Origin: Rhina ancylostomus
Lineage: Eukaryota
DNA: 64,000 bases
Assembly (NCBI GenBank): GCA_030265395.1
Contig: JARFYF010000029.1
Span: 20,573,101 to 20,637,100, forward strand
Direction: 5' to 3'
Part shown: one piece after another, positions 13,300 to 27,099 of the stretch
Layout: each line of letters begins with the position of its first letter
Position numbering within the stretch: the stretch's first letter is position 1
Translations under genes and position numbers: made by a program
Notes under the pieces: generated by a model
What the model saw: the letters and a program-made list of their open reading frames with translations, nothing else
What the model was told of the DNA's origin: nothing
The model's database searches: none

Positions 13300-14030
13300 C
13301 TTAGTAATTTTAATTAAGAAAATTGAAGTCATTGTCTTCAGTCCCCAATTCTTTGCCAGCTTCTGATTCCATTCTCCCTGGAAACAGTCCAAAACTAAAC
13401 CAGGCTGCCTGCACCTTCAGTGTCCTTCCAAATTTGCACATGAAAAGCAGGTTCACAAATTCTCCACCCACTTTACATTCCCAAACTGTGCTCAAGTATC
13501 AGCTCATCCAAACCTTTATTACTATGGACAGATTAATTAAACATACTCCAGCCAGGCCTCCACCTTCCATCCTCAGTTATCAAAGCACCAGAAANNNNNN
13601 NGCTTGTGAACTAATTCACAGTAAATTCCATTCATACATCATCAGCGTGCTAACTGGCTTATACTGCTGCCTCTTTAAGGAATGCTTTGATTCAAAAATA
13701 CTCTAATTTCAAATCTTTTCTCTCCCTCAGTCTGTAAATTTCCTCTAGCCCTACAACCCTCTGATACATCTGTGCACCTCCAAAGCTAACCTCTTGTACA
13801 CCCCGAATTGAATTGCTCTATTGTCAGTGCTGTGCTTTCAGATGCAAAGGCAGTGGTGTTGAAGTTCCCTCCTGAAATGTCTCCACCTCTCTAACTTCTT
13901 TCTGTTCTCTAAGATGTTATTTCAGACCCATATTTTTGACCAATCTCTTGTCTCATTTAGGTTGATATCACTCCAATGAAGTGTCTGAGATGTTATGTTA
14001 TGGGCATTGTGCAAGTACAACCATTGTTAC
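13300..14030 (+). mobile_element. L2 LINE 3' fragments
   Basis: SDSILPGNSPKLNQAACTFSV resembles the L2 RT C-terminus; L2-type tail ccctacaaccctctga...tttttgaccaa. Confidence 0.7.
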
Positions 14031-14739
14031 TATCACTCTCCACTTTGCTGTGTGCTCTCTCCAGAGCTCTCACTTTGTCCTCTGCTTCTCGGACATAGAT
14101 TCGTTTCTCTCACTGCCAACTTCTAAAATCACAGTCTCTTTCCTCCTCCTCATCTCTTTCCCAATACCCCAACACTTACCTGCCTCACCCAACAGGGTTT
14201 TTATTGCTCTGCCCTCCTTTCTCTCCTCCCCAATACCTGTCGCTTTTCTATTAGTGTTTTTACTGTTTTTATCCTGAATAAAGGAAAATTGTGCAGGATT
14301 ACTTTGTAAAATGTTTAGGTTTTGGAAGCAGTGCTTTTTGTATATGCTTACAATATTTTAAGAATAGTCTGATGAGCAGAGACTAAATGAGCAGAGATGA
14401 GCAGAGAAGAGACTTTTCTCTTTAAAAAAGAAAATAAAACAAAAAAGATATTTATTCAAAGCTGCAATGTCCTGCTGAATTTTATGCTGAGTCATTATGT
14501 ACCATTTCTTCAAGTAATGTCTAATAATCTTCATAGAATGTGATTAGGAAAAAGTAGGTCACATGTACATCCACCAGTAGCTGCACATGAGCTTGTCATT
14601 ACATTCAGAATAACGACTTCCCACCTTTCCTTGCTTTTGATTGAATCAAAATTTCCTTCTTTATGCAGCATTGATCTGGTTCATTTTAGATAAGACAATA
14701 GTAAAACTTGTAGATCTCTATACCGTTAAAACAAGTGAA

Positions 14740-14910
14740 TGTAAGAATTAGGAGCAGAGGAATGAAAAAGCCCTTCCAGTAGGCTCCATCATTCTTTAAG
14801 GTCATGGTTTATCTCGCACCTCATCTACATTTTCCTGTGGTATCCTCATATTCTCCCCAAGTCCAAAATTAGATCTCAATCTTGGTTATATTCAACAATT
14901 AAGTTTTGAC
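14740..14910 (-). mobile_element. CR1 3' UTR fragment
   Basis: gtaagaattaggagcagagg...cattctttaaggtcatgg is the reverse complement of a CR1 tail. Confidence 0.6.
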
Positions 14911-15679
14911 AGGTCTGTATTAGTTGATAGTAATTTGATAAATTACACAACAAGGTTCATGGGAACTTCATTATTTACTCCAAATGGTAAAAGATCGACT
15001 GAGAAAAATGATGGTATTTATCCATCTTGTAAATTATCCAAAAAAGAAAAGTATAAAATGAGTTAGTAAGTAATAACATTGGTGTCCAACAGAGATAAGG
15101 ATTACAGCAATGTAAGCTGCAAGGTTATTATAGCACCCACTGAGATGAGGATTTGCCCCGTGTTATATTCACAGACTAGCCACTCCCGGCAGTTCCAAAA
15201 ACAGCCTGCTTGTAAGTGTTTTGCAAACTCCCAGAAACAAATGCTCAAAATAACATGATGTGCACCAGATCAACATTATAGAGGGACAAAATGAGTGCAA
15301 ATAATCAGGCCATAAAAGATTTATTTTGCCAGGAACTATCAGTAGGCTACCTGTAGTAGGGCGACAGCATGTCTTTTTTTTATCAGAGACTCCAGCAATC
15401 AGAATCCCAGGAAGATCTGGGTTCATATAACCTATCCCTGTACAAATGTACTGATGTTGTGTATTAGTAAAAATGAAATATTCCTCTGAGCTTGCACCCA
15501 AGCCTGGGGACCCGAAGACTCTCCTGTCTCACGGTCCATAATGCATTCCTCCATGCAGTTAGCTGAGGCCTTGCAACAACTGCTTTACTCAAGCACCAGA
15601 CTGCCTAAAGTATGGAGAAGTTAGGAGATCAGGACAAACCATTGTCAGAAGATTACTTATTGGAATTGGAGGAAAGCAG

Positions 15680-15910
15680 GGATTAAAGGATGGAAGAGGG
15701 AAGGGTATGTGAGGGAGAGAATGCTGGGCTTGCCATGGGATCAGGATGGGATCCGAAGGAGAGAGGAATAGATTGAAGAGAGAGAATGATGGGGTTGCAG
15801 GGTATGAGGAGAATGGGAGATTGGGGATGGTGTGGGGATGGCAGAAAGGAGATCCAAGAGGTGACTGGAGATTGGAATGGGGGAGAGGACTTTGGGCAGG
15901 AAGGACAGAA
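15680..15910. repeat. Purine/G-rich low-complexity tract
   Basis: Runs of ggga/gagg/ggatgg with very few C on the + strand. Confidence 0.6.
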
Positions 15911-17985
15911 GAATTTGCTCACCTTGACTGACCAGACTCATCCAACTATGTAGCTGGCATGCACTGAATGTGCTTGGATCTTGAGGTATCACATTTATAG
16001 TAATAGTATGCATGTTTCTTTTATATTTATGATGTATTTCTACAACTGTTAAATGTTCTGCTTCACTACAAGGAACGTATGCATTAAGCCTGTTTAGACT
16101 ACTTTGTTCTTCTCTGACCACTATGTCCACAGATTTTGTTTAGAAAGTGTTCTCCCCCTATATCAACCACTAAATCCTCCTCTCTTTTTGAGATGTTTGT
16201 CCTTTCTCTGCACATGAGAAGAGATAGAGTTGGCAATATTTCTATGATTCTGTTTTCATAGTATATCGTGATGTACTGAGTGCATTGATCACTGCTCATT
16301 GTTAGAATCTCCTGACATTCTTTTGCAATTTACCAATATTAGCATCTCTTTGTCACAGTCACTGCCAAACTTAATGTACAGTATTTCCTTAGATTTCCCT
16401 TTTTTACACCAATGGTTTTCCAAAAAACCAAGTGAGCCTCACCAATGGTTTATTCATCACATAGAGGATTGTTGTGAATGGTGGTAACATTACTTTGCTG
16501 CAGCAAAGAAGACAGATGCATTGCATTATCTGCAATGTGATGATAAGGCAAATTTTGTGATCCTGCACCCTCAGTTATGAAAAAGTGCTTAAAATGAGTG
16601 CCGATCATGGCAGATTTACCCCACAGAATACCTATCCTTTAACCCATTCCTCACTGGAACCTTAATGTGACAGAAATATCCCAAGTTTCAAGACTTTTTG
16701 AGTTATGCTATTTGATTGTAAAACAATAAATGACCATCCAGCTGTGAAATTGGAGCAGCAGATAGAGTTACAGTCAGGAGGGTTTCCCAATGTGTGTGCA
16801 AACATCAGAGGAAATGTGTGGAAGACTACAAGAATATAACTGGTTAATTACACCATGTTCAAGGCTTTATCCTGAAGATATGGTGGGAGATTGGGAGAAC
16901 CCACTATACCAGTCTCGCCCACACATTTTACAGGGTTTTGTTTTTACTATCGTTAAATAAAAGTAATGAACCAATTCTGACTGTGGCATCACAATCTACT
17001 TGCATGTAACAGAGCAAAAATCACAGTGGTGGACCATTAAACTTAGTTTTGCCTGTGACCATTTCATTTCCATATTTCCATGAGCCCTTGCCCTTTTTTA
17101 CTGGGAGTGAGAATGGAAACGGCTCTCCTGCATGGTTCTGTATGATGGGACAAGCATCTGTGTTTCTCCTTAACCAATCCATTTGAAGGGTTGTTAAATG
17201 AACAAAATAGAATTTGAAACAAGTGCAAGTTAATCTATTAATTCAATGTCATATCAGGCATAGAAAGGAAATAGAATGGAAAAGAAAAAAAGTCAGAAAG
17301 TAGTCTGTATTTTTATAATCCCTAATAATAATTAAAAATATTGCAGACTTGCAATAGTTCATTTTCAATGTCAATAGCATTGACAAGCAGTAATTAACAT
17401 TTACTATGTCATTAAGAACATACTTCCACTGAAATTACATGATTTAACTTTCTGTGCCAAGTTGACTTCACATCTGCTTTGTAAGTGCAGCAAGTTCATG
17501 CTGCTCCCTGCATTTGAATGATCAGTGAAGTGATGAATCTCCAACAGAAAATTGTCGACTTCTGGGTCTAATTGTGTGTCTGCCCTTGACTGAAGGTGCC
17601 ATTACATTTGCACCGAGCTCTATTAGCCTTGCCATTACTCTGACAGCAATTTTTGAATCAATTTTACAGCAGGACAAAATTGTGACTAGTTCTGCCATCT
17701 GGACAAAAATACAAATGGGACTTCATATGTCTGTGATTCAAAGTGACCTGTGACGATAACTAATGATATTGATACTGATTATGTTGAGCAGTTATAAAGA
17801 ACTGTTTAAATGTAATAAATCTTGGTGTTCATCAGGAAATGATAACAGACCAAAGCTGAAGCTAGCCACCATTCATTGAGCTCAGTGTACAGAGCACAGC
17901 CTCTCTGATGCTGACTTGCACTCAGCATTTGCAGCTTCAACATGGCTGCTTCTTCTCTACCCTTTTACTTCCCTGGATTATGCAG

Positions 17986-18152
17986 GGAATGTCCTACGTT
18001 AAATTATGCAGCAGAGAGAAACTGGAGGGAATTGTATCTTTGCAACTAACTTCAGAAAGTTTTCATGATGTTAGAAAAAGTGGCACACAAGCTTTGGATG
18101 GGTCATTTCCAGGAAAATCTCCTCTGTGCACTGATTCTGCCCACATACCAAG
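17986..18152 (+). CDS. Candidate exon of the same + strand gene (GMSYVKLCSREKLEG...DSAHIP)
   Basis: Pyrimidine tract then tgcag acceptor, 167 nt open in phase 0, donor AAG|gtatga. Confidence 0.35.
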
Positions 18153-20027
18153 GTATGAGAGAGAGAGGAGGGAGATTTTCAGTTGCCACACTGGGCTGGG
18201 ACACGGCTGTTGACCATGTAGTTTTTAGGTTATCTCTTTCTACCCCATTCCAGTCAACACAATCCTAAATAGGAATCAACCCTTCGTGAGGATATTATTT
18301 ATTGACCTTTAAATATACAAATCAGGGTCCTACATACAAACATAATTCTTGATCTGTCCAGGTTTCTAGGTTGAAGAAGTTCAAATACATCAGTGATAAA
18401 CTATTTTGATGGTCCAAAGGAAGCAGGAATATTCATCACAATAATGATGTGGATGCCTACCTCCCTGGACACACCCAAAGAAGTGCCTGCTGCCTCCACA
18501 GATGGGCCTGGCTGCAGGCTGGTTTGGCCCACAATCTGCCCCCATAGTGTGCAATCATGTTTATTATTAATTATTCATTCATGGGTTATTAGACCACACT
18601 AATTACCTCTGAAATGAGAAGGCAGTGAAGACTCAACCCTATTGGTACATCCGGAGGTACATAACAGCCAGATCAGGGTAAGAAAGGTAGATTTCCTTTC
18701 CTAAAGGATATTAATGCATGCCAGTCTGATAGTTTCATGCTTATCATCCTGCTTCAGGGCAGCAGACAGCTAGTGGCATTGTCATAAGGCTCAGGTTCAG
18801 AATAGGCTGAGCTGGCTGCTGAATTTAAAGTCAGATGGGCTCTAAATGGCCCTTCAGGAAAATCTCAGGTGACTCACAGCAGGAATTGCCTGGTTGAATT
18901 GTCTGAGTGATACGAAGTGGACCTGAACTGGTTGCATCAGACCTCACTCATAGAAAAATAGATTTTCAACTACATTACACTGTAAAAAAAATCTGTTGAA
19001 TTTCCAGACAATACCCTGGTTGCTCTTGGTGACAGGACCTCTTTCTTGTACTGTGGACAATAGGAAGTCTCATTTGGGTGACAGAAGAACCCTGTTTCAG
19101 ATTTATGAATTCAGCAATTACTTCTGAAACAATCACTAAGTACATTGTAATGAAAATCCCTTGAAATAATTAATAGCCTTTCTCTCCAGTGCACTAGCTA
19201 AGCACAAATGTAACACATGAAATAATTAACATTCGAAGTAACAATATGTTGACTATTTCTAACCTAGGTGTCAATTCACAACAGGCTTCAAGCCTACCAG
19301 CACAATTCAGTGGGGAACCAGGAATGTGCAGTCCAGCAAAGTACCCTCCTTAACATCAAGCAAGAAAACTCAACAGCATCAGGAGCTGTGGATCATCTCC
19401 CTGAAACGTTACTCCAGTGCCAACAGATTGTGAATGTCATTGTGCTCCCTGTGAAACCTGACAAGCTGGACAGCCCTCAGAATGAGACCCCCACTCATCA
19501 AATGGGAACAGACGCCAACTCCACCTGCTCAACACCTCAAAAATTAATTGAAGACAGGCTTCAAGGAACACCTGTGAANNNNNNNNNNNNNNNNNNNNNN
19601 NNNNNNNNNNNNNNNNNNNNNNNNNNNNNNNNNNNNNNNNNNNNNNNNNNNNNNNNNNNNNNNNNNNNNNNNNNNNNNNNNNNNNNNNNNNNNNTAGTGT
19701 AACTTTACATTGCACAATTTTAAAGCCAGATTAAGCATGTTTTTGATTCACAGGTCCATTTCTAACTAAATTCACCTTTCATTTATTCTTTTCCTATCAT
19801 TTAAATGGCAATTTTGTCTTTCTTTCTGTGGTACATTGACTTAAATCTCCAGTGGGCAATCATGGTGAATATTTTGCAATTAATGTTTTATTTTTCCAGT
19901 GTTCTCTGACCAAAGTTATCTCCCCCCTAGCCTCTAATCCTCTTTGCCCTAAATTCAGAATCAAGAATGTGGGATAGTCATTGCTTATGGCTGATTCTGT
20001 GGATAATGTCAATAGTTGGTTTACTTG

Positions 20028-20112
20028 CGGGCTGCCCCCAGAACACTCTATGCAAAAGACGCATTTCACTGTGTGCTTCGATGTACATGTGACTAATAAA
20101 GAGATCTTATCT
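20028..20112 (+). mobile_element. 3' tail fragment of the SINE at 28455-28740
   Basis: Near reverse complement of 28460-28541 (ttgcgggctgcccccagaac...gtgactaataaa). Confidence 0.85.
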
Positions 20113-22264
20113 CTTGTCAGAAGACACAGTTGAATAGTCTTTGAAGTGTTCCCTCACTTCTCTCCCTCTATTCACCAAGTGACTTGCTGAAATCTGAGTC
20201 AGTCAGATCTGGACAATTAACTGCCCTGTCATGACTATCCAATACTTTGGGTTTGTTACTTTTCAATATCATTTCACATTTCTTTAAATCTTCAGTCTTC
20301 TGTTTGGTAATGATGAATTACTGATCTTGGTTATCTTAAACTTGTTTCATTACCAGTCTATCCATGACATATGTTGCTGGAAAATTTTGGGGATTAGCTC
20401 CTAAAATTCATCAGTTAACCCTCAGCAGAGAACTGACATACCTGACAAATCAACAATAGACTTATTCTGGCTTGAAGACAGAAATACACAAAATGACTTT
20501 ACAATTACTGACAACTAATTTTCTAGTGATTTGGTGAATATTTGATTGATGAAAATTGTGTATCTTTGGACATCAAGGGCACAGCTTTAATAACTTAATT
20601 TCTAAATTATAAAACTCACCAAATTTTAAGGCAGTTTGATATAAGCATTTCAACCTTATTGTAGATAATTCAGATTCATGGATTGCATTGACCATTATTA
20701 TCATTGCTGTTAATAAGCTTTTGGTAGATTAAAGAAAGCAGAGTAGGTTTTTATATTGAGTTTTCATGCACAAATGTTTTTAAATGTATCTGAATTTATA
20801 GATCACTTTAGTTCAGAATAGGTCTTCAGAAATTTTATATTTTCTTTTGTCATAAAATATAATTTTGATTAGAATTAGAATACTTCACTCATCATGACAG
20901 CAATATATTTAATGCAACAGAAGAGCAACACCAGATGGTAAATGACTTTGTTTCAAAGAGCAGTGGGAGAAAGAAGAAAGTGAGAACAGATATTCTGCAG
21001 AGGAGACCAGAAATTTTATAATGTATATAGTTTTCATTGAGGTATCAAGGTACATTGAGAAAAGTAACCGTCAATCAGGGGAGCATAATGTTCCTTAGAG
21101 ATGTACTTAACAGTATTTGTTATTGCTCCCAATTTTCTGCTGGAGGATGTTTCTTAAACTAGCTCTGCTTAGATTTGACTTAACAAATTATTCTGTAGGA
21201 TTGTTAAAAAAGAACACTAGGGTAAAAATCATCCGTGGTCTCTGTTAGGTGAATTGTCATCTTGTTAGTTTTTACATAGTCTGATAATTGGTCCAATAAT
21301 GCACACTTTTCATTAAATCACAATTCTCTCAATAAATGGCACCTAAAGAATTTCAGTATATAATCAATATTTTGTGATATATTTCAGTTCATTGTTCATT
21401 GTGTGATAGGATAGATTGTGTGATTGTCAATCACCTTTAGGGAATCTAACTTACATTAAAGCTATTATTTATTAATATATGTAATATTTATTATAACAGA
21501 AAGAAAAGATATTTTAAATTTTTGCTGTGGCATATTATCGTATTATTTACAACATTTCACATTGTACATTCACAGGATTTCTTGTTGCAAGTTTAAAAAG
21601 GCAATGCTTGAAATTTGTGGTACAATAGTTACATTTTTCATTGTACTTTGGATTTGAAGACAGTCCTTCCATACATTAATTGTTTCCATTCATAAGGTGC
21701 TGGCATGGCAAATATTTGATTGATAATGCAGCCAAAGGGTTTAAGTACGATGAAATATTCTGTGGAACATTATTCTGTGGAGGGTTGCTACCACTGATGT
21801 GGCATAATTAGTAAACCAGCCAGAAAGTGTTAGCCACCAAAATGTATTGCAACTTCTTTAAAGAGCAGTAGCAGGGAATTTTAGTTGGCCGCTAGCTGTT
21901 TAACTAGACGTCAGGTGGCAGTTCCCAGTGTAGGCTTCACCTCATTTACCAGGGTGGTGTCTCCTTCCAAGCCAAAGTTTCAACCCCATCTTGGCCATTA
22001 TGGAAATTCTTTAGTGCCCGAATGCTGCTCCCTTTAGAGTATGCAACACAGTGACTTTGTAAGGTCCTTTCCATAAGTTAAAATTCCAGCGCCTACCCAA
22101 TACCCATTTAGATTTATTTTGGTGAATTATTTGTATTTTGTTGGGCTTTACCATTTTAAATCTAGATTTCCAAATAGATGCCGAACCATTGAGCACCTTT
22201 TCTCAACTTTTCTCCACAATAAAAGAACTGTCCCAGCAAGGCTCTGACCAACAATAAAAATATC

Positions 22265-23010
22265 AACAACTTCCATTTATATACCATGCTTAACAAAACA
22301 AAACATCCTGATGAGCTTCACAGCAACATTATCTGATAAAAATTGACTCTGAGCCACATCAGAAGCTGTCAGGGCAGATGATGAAAAGCTTAGTCAAAGA
22401 TGTTTGTTTTAAGAATAACTTTAAGGAATAAATAGAATTTTTGTGGTAAAGTAAGAGAAATCTTAAACTTATAGCCAAGGCAGCTGAAGGCAGAGCACCA
22501 AACTGTGGAGCAATTAAATTTGAGAGCCCAGAAGGTTATAAGAAGGGGATTACAGATATAAGGAGGGGTGAGAGGGATAGCGGGATATGAAAACATGAGT
22601 GAGCAGTTTAACACTGAGGTGTTGTTGAATGAGGCACCTAAATAAAACAGGTGGGTGATGGGTGATTTGGACTTGGTGTACGGAAGAAAATGAGCAGCAG
22701 AACTTTGGATGGCCTAACATTTCAGAGTGTTGAATAAAGAAGGCCAGCTAGAAGTGCACTAAGGGAGGGTTTCAGATGAATGAAGGCAATGTTCAGTGAT
22801 TTAGTGGAGTTGGAAATAGATGGTCCTAGAAATGGCATAGATATATAGTCCAAAGATCATCACAGAGGCAAATTTGAAACCAAGGTATCAGCAGAATGAT
22901 TAGTTTCAACCAGTTGTCCAGACAGAAAAGGTGGTATTGACCAGGGAACAGAAGGTAAGGTAGATACAGAAAATAATTACTTTGGTCATCTCAATATTTA
23001 TTTGCAGGGA
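22265..23010 (-). mobile_element. L2 LINE 3' portion
   Basis: Reverse complement of the same L2 tail as 13700-14030 (aaaagcttagtcaaaga...gccaaggcagctgaaggca). Confidence 0.75.
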
Positions 23011-23608
23011 GAGTTGAGGAAGGTTAAGTTGAATGCATTAAGGTGCTCAAAAAATAGAAGCAAGTAGATTTAAAATATCTTCCGTTTTAAGTTGTCTTCA
23101 TCACTTTGCAACATCAGGGATTATGAACACACTGCCTGTGCATTGGGGTCTGTAATGAGACTCTAGGGAATTGAGTTCATTTCAGCAATCAATAAAACTT
23201 CTGAGGTAGAATGTGTTCATATTAAATAAATAAGCCACTGAAATGAGTATAATTATACGTTTTCCATAATATTTTCAAATGTCTTCTTAATTTATGAAGC
23301 ATAATCTTGCACCTGAAAGCACTTTTAATGGAACGTTTTTTAGTGCATTGTTTACGGAACTGTGTAAAGTGAAGATGTAAAATAGGATGATTGTATTCAT
23401 GATAGAGANNNNNNNNNNNNNNNNNNNNNNNNTACTGCTTTAGAAATTAGTAAATATTTTAAAAGTTGGTTCTGCCTTCCTTGGAAAAGAAATAGCACAG
23501 AAACATCACTTGGTTTCTGTAATGTTTGCAGTATCTTTATATTTTTAAAGAAAATGTGCATTTTAAAAAAAGAAAATAAACATGTGTGAGATATGTTCTG
23601 TTTTGCAG

Positions 23609-23656
23609 CAGATGGAAGTGCTAGGGTACAGCGTCAATAAAGAAGACTGGAAGTGA
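23609..23656 (+). CDS. Candidate terminal coding exon (QMEVLGYSVNKEDWK* in phase 0, or SRWKC* in phase 2)
   Basis: Acceptor ttctgttttgcag|cag (NAGNAG), followed by UTR-like sequence with AATAAA at 25486-25491. Confidence 0.45.
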   Translation, partial: QMEVLGYSVNKEDWK

Positions 23657-26600
23657 AATCCAGCCAGCACCCATTTGGTTACTAAGGGTTTCTCTCAGCA
23701 TTAGTCACAAAAGACTACAGCATTCAACAACAGATGAAAACATAAGCTGAGTTTATACCTGAGCAGATGTTACAATGTGTAACAAGTCCAGACCCAAAAA
23801 GAGATATGTAATGTATTTGGAACAGGAAATTAAAAGGCATCCAGGATTCAGTGCTGGGGAAGAGGTACATCATCTATATCAAACATTTGGAGGGAATGCA
23901 TCACCCCTCAACCTCGCTCTCTTCCCTTCCAGAGGGTGCCTCATGTACCTTGACTGTTTTGTGCTGGGTAACATTCGTAATGTTTATTTAAATATATAAG
24001 ATTACTGTTGGCAGGAATAAAATCCTATTCCCATCAGTGAAAGTAAATTTATTCATTCAGTCCAGGTGGAAATTTGGCCCAAAGGTATAAATCAGCTGTG
24101 TTGTGTGTAAATAAAATTGAAGTTACTGTTCTGAAATTAGAGCTGACCTTACTTGGTAGCTGGTCTTGTCTTGTTGCAACTTTGTCTTAATAATTGAGTA
24201 GGGTTGGAGGTGTAAAAATACTGTCAGTTCTTGCATTGTGCTTCCTAATTTAGGCAGCACTTGTGTCTTAGTCATTTATTTCTGCTTAAAAAGCTGATCT
24301 GATTAAAAATACATTTTAGAAATAAATGTTGTTCATCGTAAAGATTTTTATTCTTTTGGAGGCCATAGCAATCTCTAAATTGCATGGCTTGTGGAACAAA
24401 GGTAAAAGCTGAACCTGCTCCTTCTTGGCTTCCCACCTGTCATAAGAATTAGAAGCCCAGAGATGAAGAGCAGAAAGGAGCCCCACAGATGTTAAAGTTC
24501 TCATTCCTGAAACTGCCTCCAGCACAAACAAATGAATAGTTTTAATGTGGAGAATGGACAATATAGCAGGCCACAGCTACAAAAAAAACTCTTCTTTCAC
24601 CTCTGGGTCCTGGAATTTTAATCCATCTACACTGATAGAACGAAATTATCTTCTCCATAAAAACTCTAAGAATCTTAAAAAAAAACTGGCTTACTACAGG
24701 ATAAACTTAAAGGTTATCTATAAAATTTTAAAATGCTATGTTACTCATCACACAGCAAAAATTGCTTTAACAGTATTAGCCCAGGGGCTTCCACAACAAA
24801 CCAGAGAGAAAACACAACTCCTTTGCCTTGATGAAGGTCTCTGCTGATAAAGACCAGCAAGTCAGAGATTGTGCTGCTGTTATCAGTCAATTGCTCTATC
24901 TTAGTAACTCTATTTCTGGCCTGTACAAATTTATAGCCTATCGGAGAGTCACACACCCAATACCACAAAAATGTTAGTTATGGTTCAATTTTTTACTGCT
25001 CATGACTGTAAGCCTAAATTAAGCCAAAGGTCCTAGGAGATACAAAATACTTTGTGTTGCTCATTGATAAGATTGATAGGAACTTTCCAAGACAGCACAT
25101 ATTACTTAAATAAGGCACTGCGCCAGAGCTAACTAGCATTGCTCTATTACTTGACACATGCACAATTAAATCAGTCAATGTAAAGTGAGTAGTTTCTCTA
25201 ATCACTTTGGAATTTTAATCATAAAGTTTGCAGTTACACAAAATGCCTGTGGCATGAATAACTTGGCATTGATGTTTGAAGAATATCTCCCAGGCACACA
25301 GTTCTTCCCTGCTCAGACACATCACGGTAATCATGGGGTCCAGAGATTTGAAATTATTTGAAATATTGTTAAATGATCAAACCACTGCTGCCCTACTGTG
25401 TACCTCCTATTGGTTGTGAAAGTTTTTCCCTCTATTGCTTTTATCCAACTTGTTAGACATTTGCTTTATGAAATATTTATGTTTCAATAAAATATATACT
25501 TCATAGAGACAACTAAATATCTGTTGTTTGATTATACACAGCGCATGTTATCACCCAGTGTACTTGGACAGAACAGAGTAAAATAAAAGCACGTGTATGT
25601 ACATCATAATTAATGTACAGAAATAGAGAGAGAAGCCCAGCTGGAATAGTTCCAATTTTACAATGTTCAACAGGGTCTAAGAATTTGTACCTATTATTAG
25701 TGGAGTTCACCAAACATGGAAGCCTGAGAGAATGGCCATGGATCTAGCTGGTTAGTGGATACGACAGGTCCCAGATCTACATGGATATTTCTTGAATGAT
25801 TTTCTAAACTGTTTCCTCTGCCTGCATGGGGAGATCTGGACAAGGCTCGGGAGGTTAGTTGTTACACAGGGAGAACCTGCCTTCTCACCCTCATCTGTTG
25901 CCCAACCTAAAGTTGGTACAGCAGGTGCACCTCACTGACTTAAGTGAAACTGGGGTTCACAGGATCCCTGAAGATCCAGAACAGGGCTGCTGGTGCTTTT
26001 GCTAATCAAACCCGAACAGGGCACCAAGGATTACTTTTCAGTGACTGGGCCCAGTGAACTTTATAAAATCATTCAAGTGGAACTCATACAACTTATTATA
26101 TCTGTTCTATCTTTCCTGGTAGCTTTGAAAACTTTACTTTTGAGTGTTTATCCAATTCCCTTGGGAAAGTTACTCATGAACCTGATTTCACCACTCTTTC
26201 AGGTAAAGCAGCTCAATGCATAAAAAATATACTTCCTCCTCTTCTAAAGACTTCCTCCTCTCCTGACTAAAGACTGCACTCTTGCAAACAACCTGATTCC
26301 ACACCAAAGGAGCTTGAGAGAAGTTTAATCATAATTGTTAACATTTTTAAGTTTTCTTGTTCACTAGGAGGAGTTGCAGGGAATATTCTAGTCTTCTCTT
26401 GCTCGGCACTACCCACCTTTTCACCATCTCCATTAGATGATGGACATTGTTGTTGCTGCTCCTTTGCCCAGGCCTTTCAGTGAGCTCTCAGTGTGTTCTA
26501 ACATCATACTCTAATGAATGCAATGGCATACCAGGAGAAGAATTTAACAAATTCAAATGTGGCACGTATATTCTTATGTATTCACATATAGGTCATGGGT

Positions 26601-27099
26601 ATCATTGGCTGGACCAGCATTTATTGCCTGCTCCTTATCACCACTTTTGTCCCAGTTGTAAGTCCAATAACAGCCTTTATTCCTTTTTTTTATTTGATAG
26701 CCACAAATTTAAGAGCAGGAAGAGATAAATTCAATGGATTGAATATAATGTGTTAGCCAGGGTTTATCCATCCTTTTAACATCAATGTCCTTTCTTTATC
26801 CATACTTCCTGGCACCGTTATGTAAGGACCATCAACTCCCTTTTAATTGCCTCCACTGATTCTTTACTGTTGTGTCTAGGACTATGCTTTAGGACTGTTC
26901 CTAAAATCTAATGTAAAGAAAATAATTTTCTGGATTTACTACTATATTGGTTTCGGTTGAATTCCGCTGTGGTCAGCTGGAAGGCATTCCTTCCTTCTCT
27001 CATGCTTGCTGGTAATGCAGGGAAAATACAATACAATGCGATTAAAATAGGATTGGCGTAAAGAGGCGGACTCTGTGGGCCGAAGGGCCGGTGTCATGC

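Noticed and set aside
14372-14407. Small tandem duplications (atgagcagag x3; also 4762-4795 and 29769-29800)
   Set aside because: Ordinary slippage duplications with no further structure.
20959-21050. Purine-rich exon-like stretch after ctttgtttcaaag
   Set aside because: Weak acceptor, ambiguous frame and donor; insufficient support.
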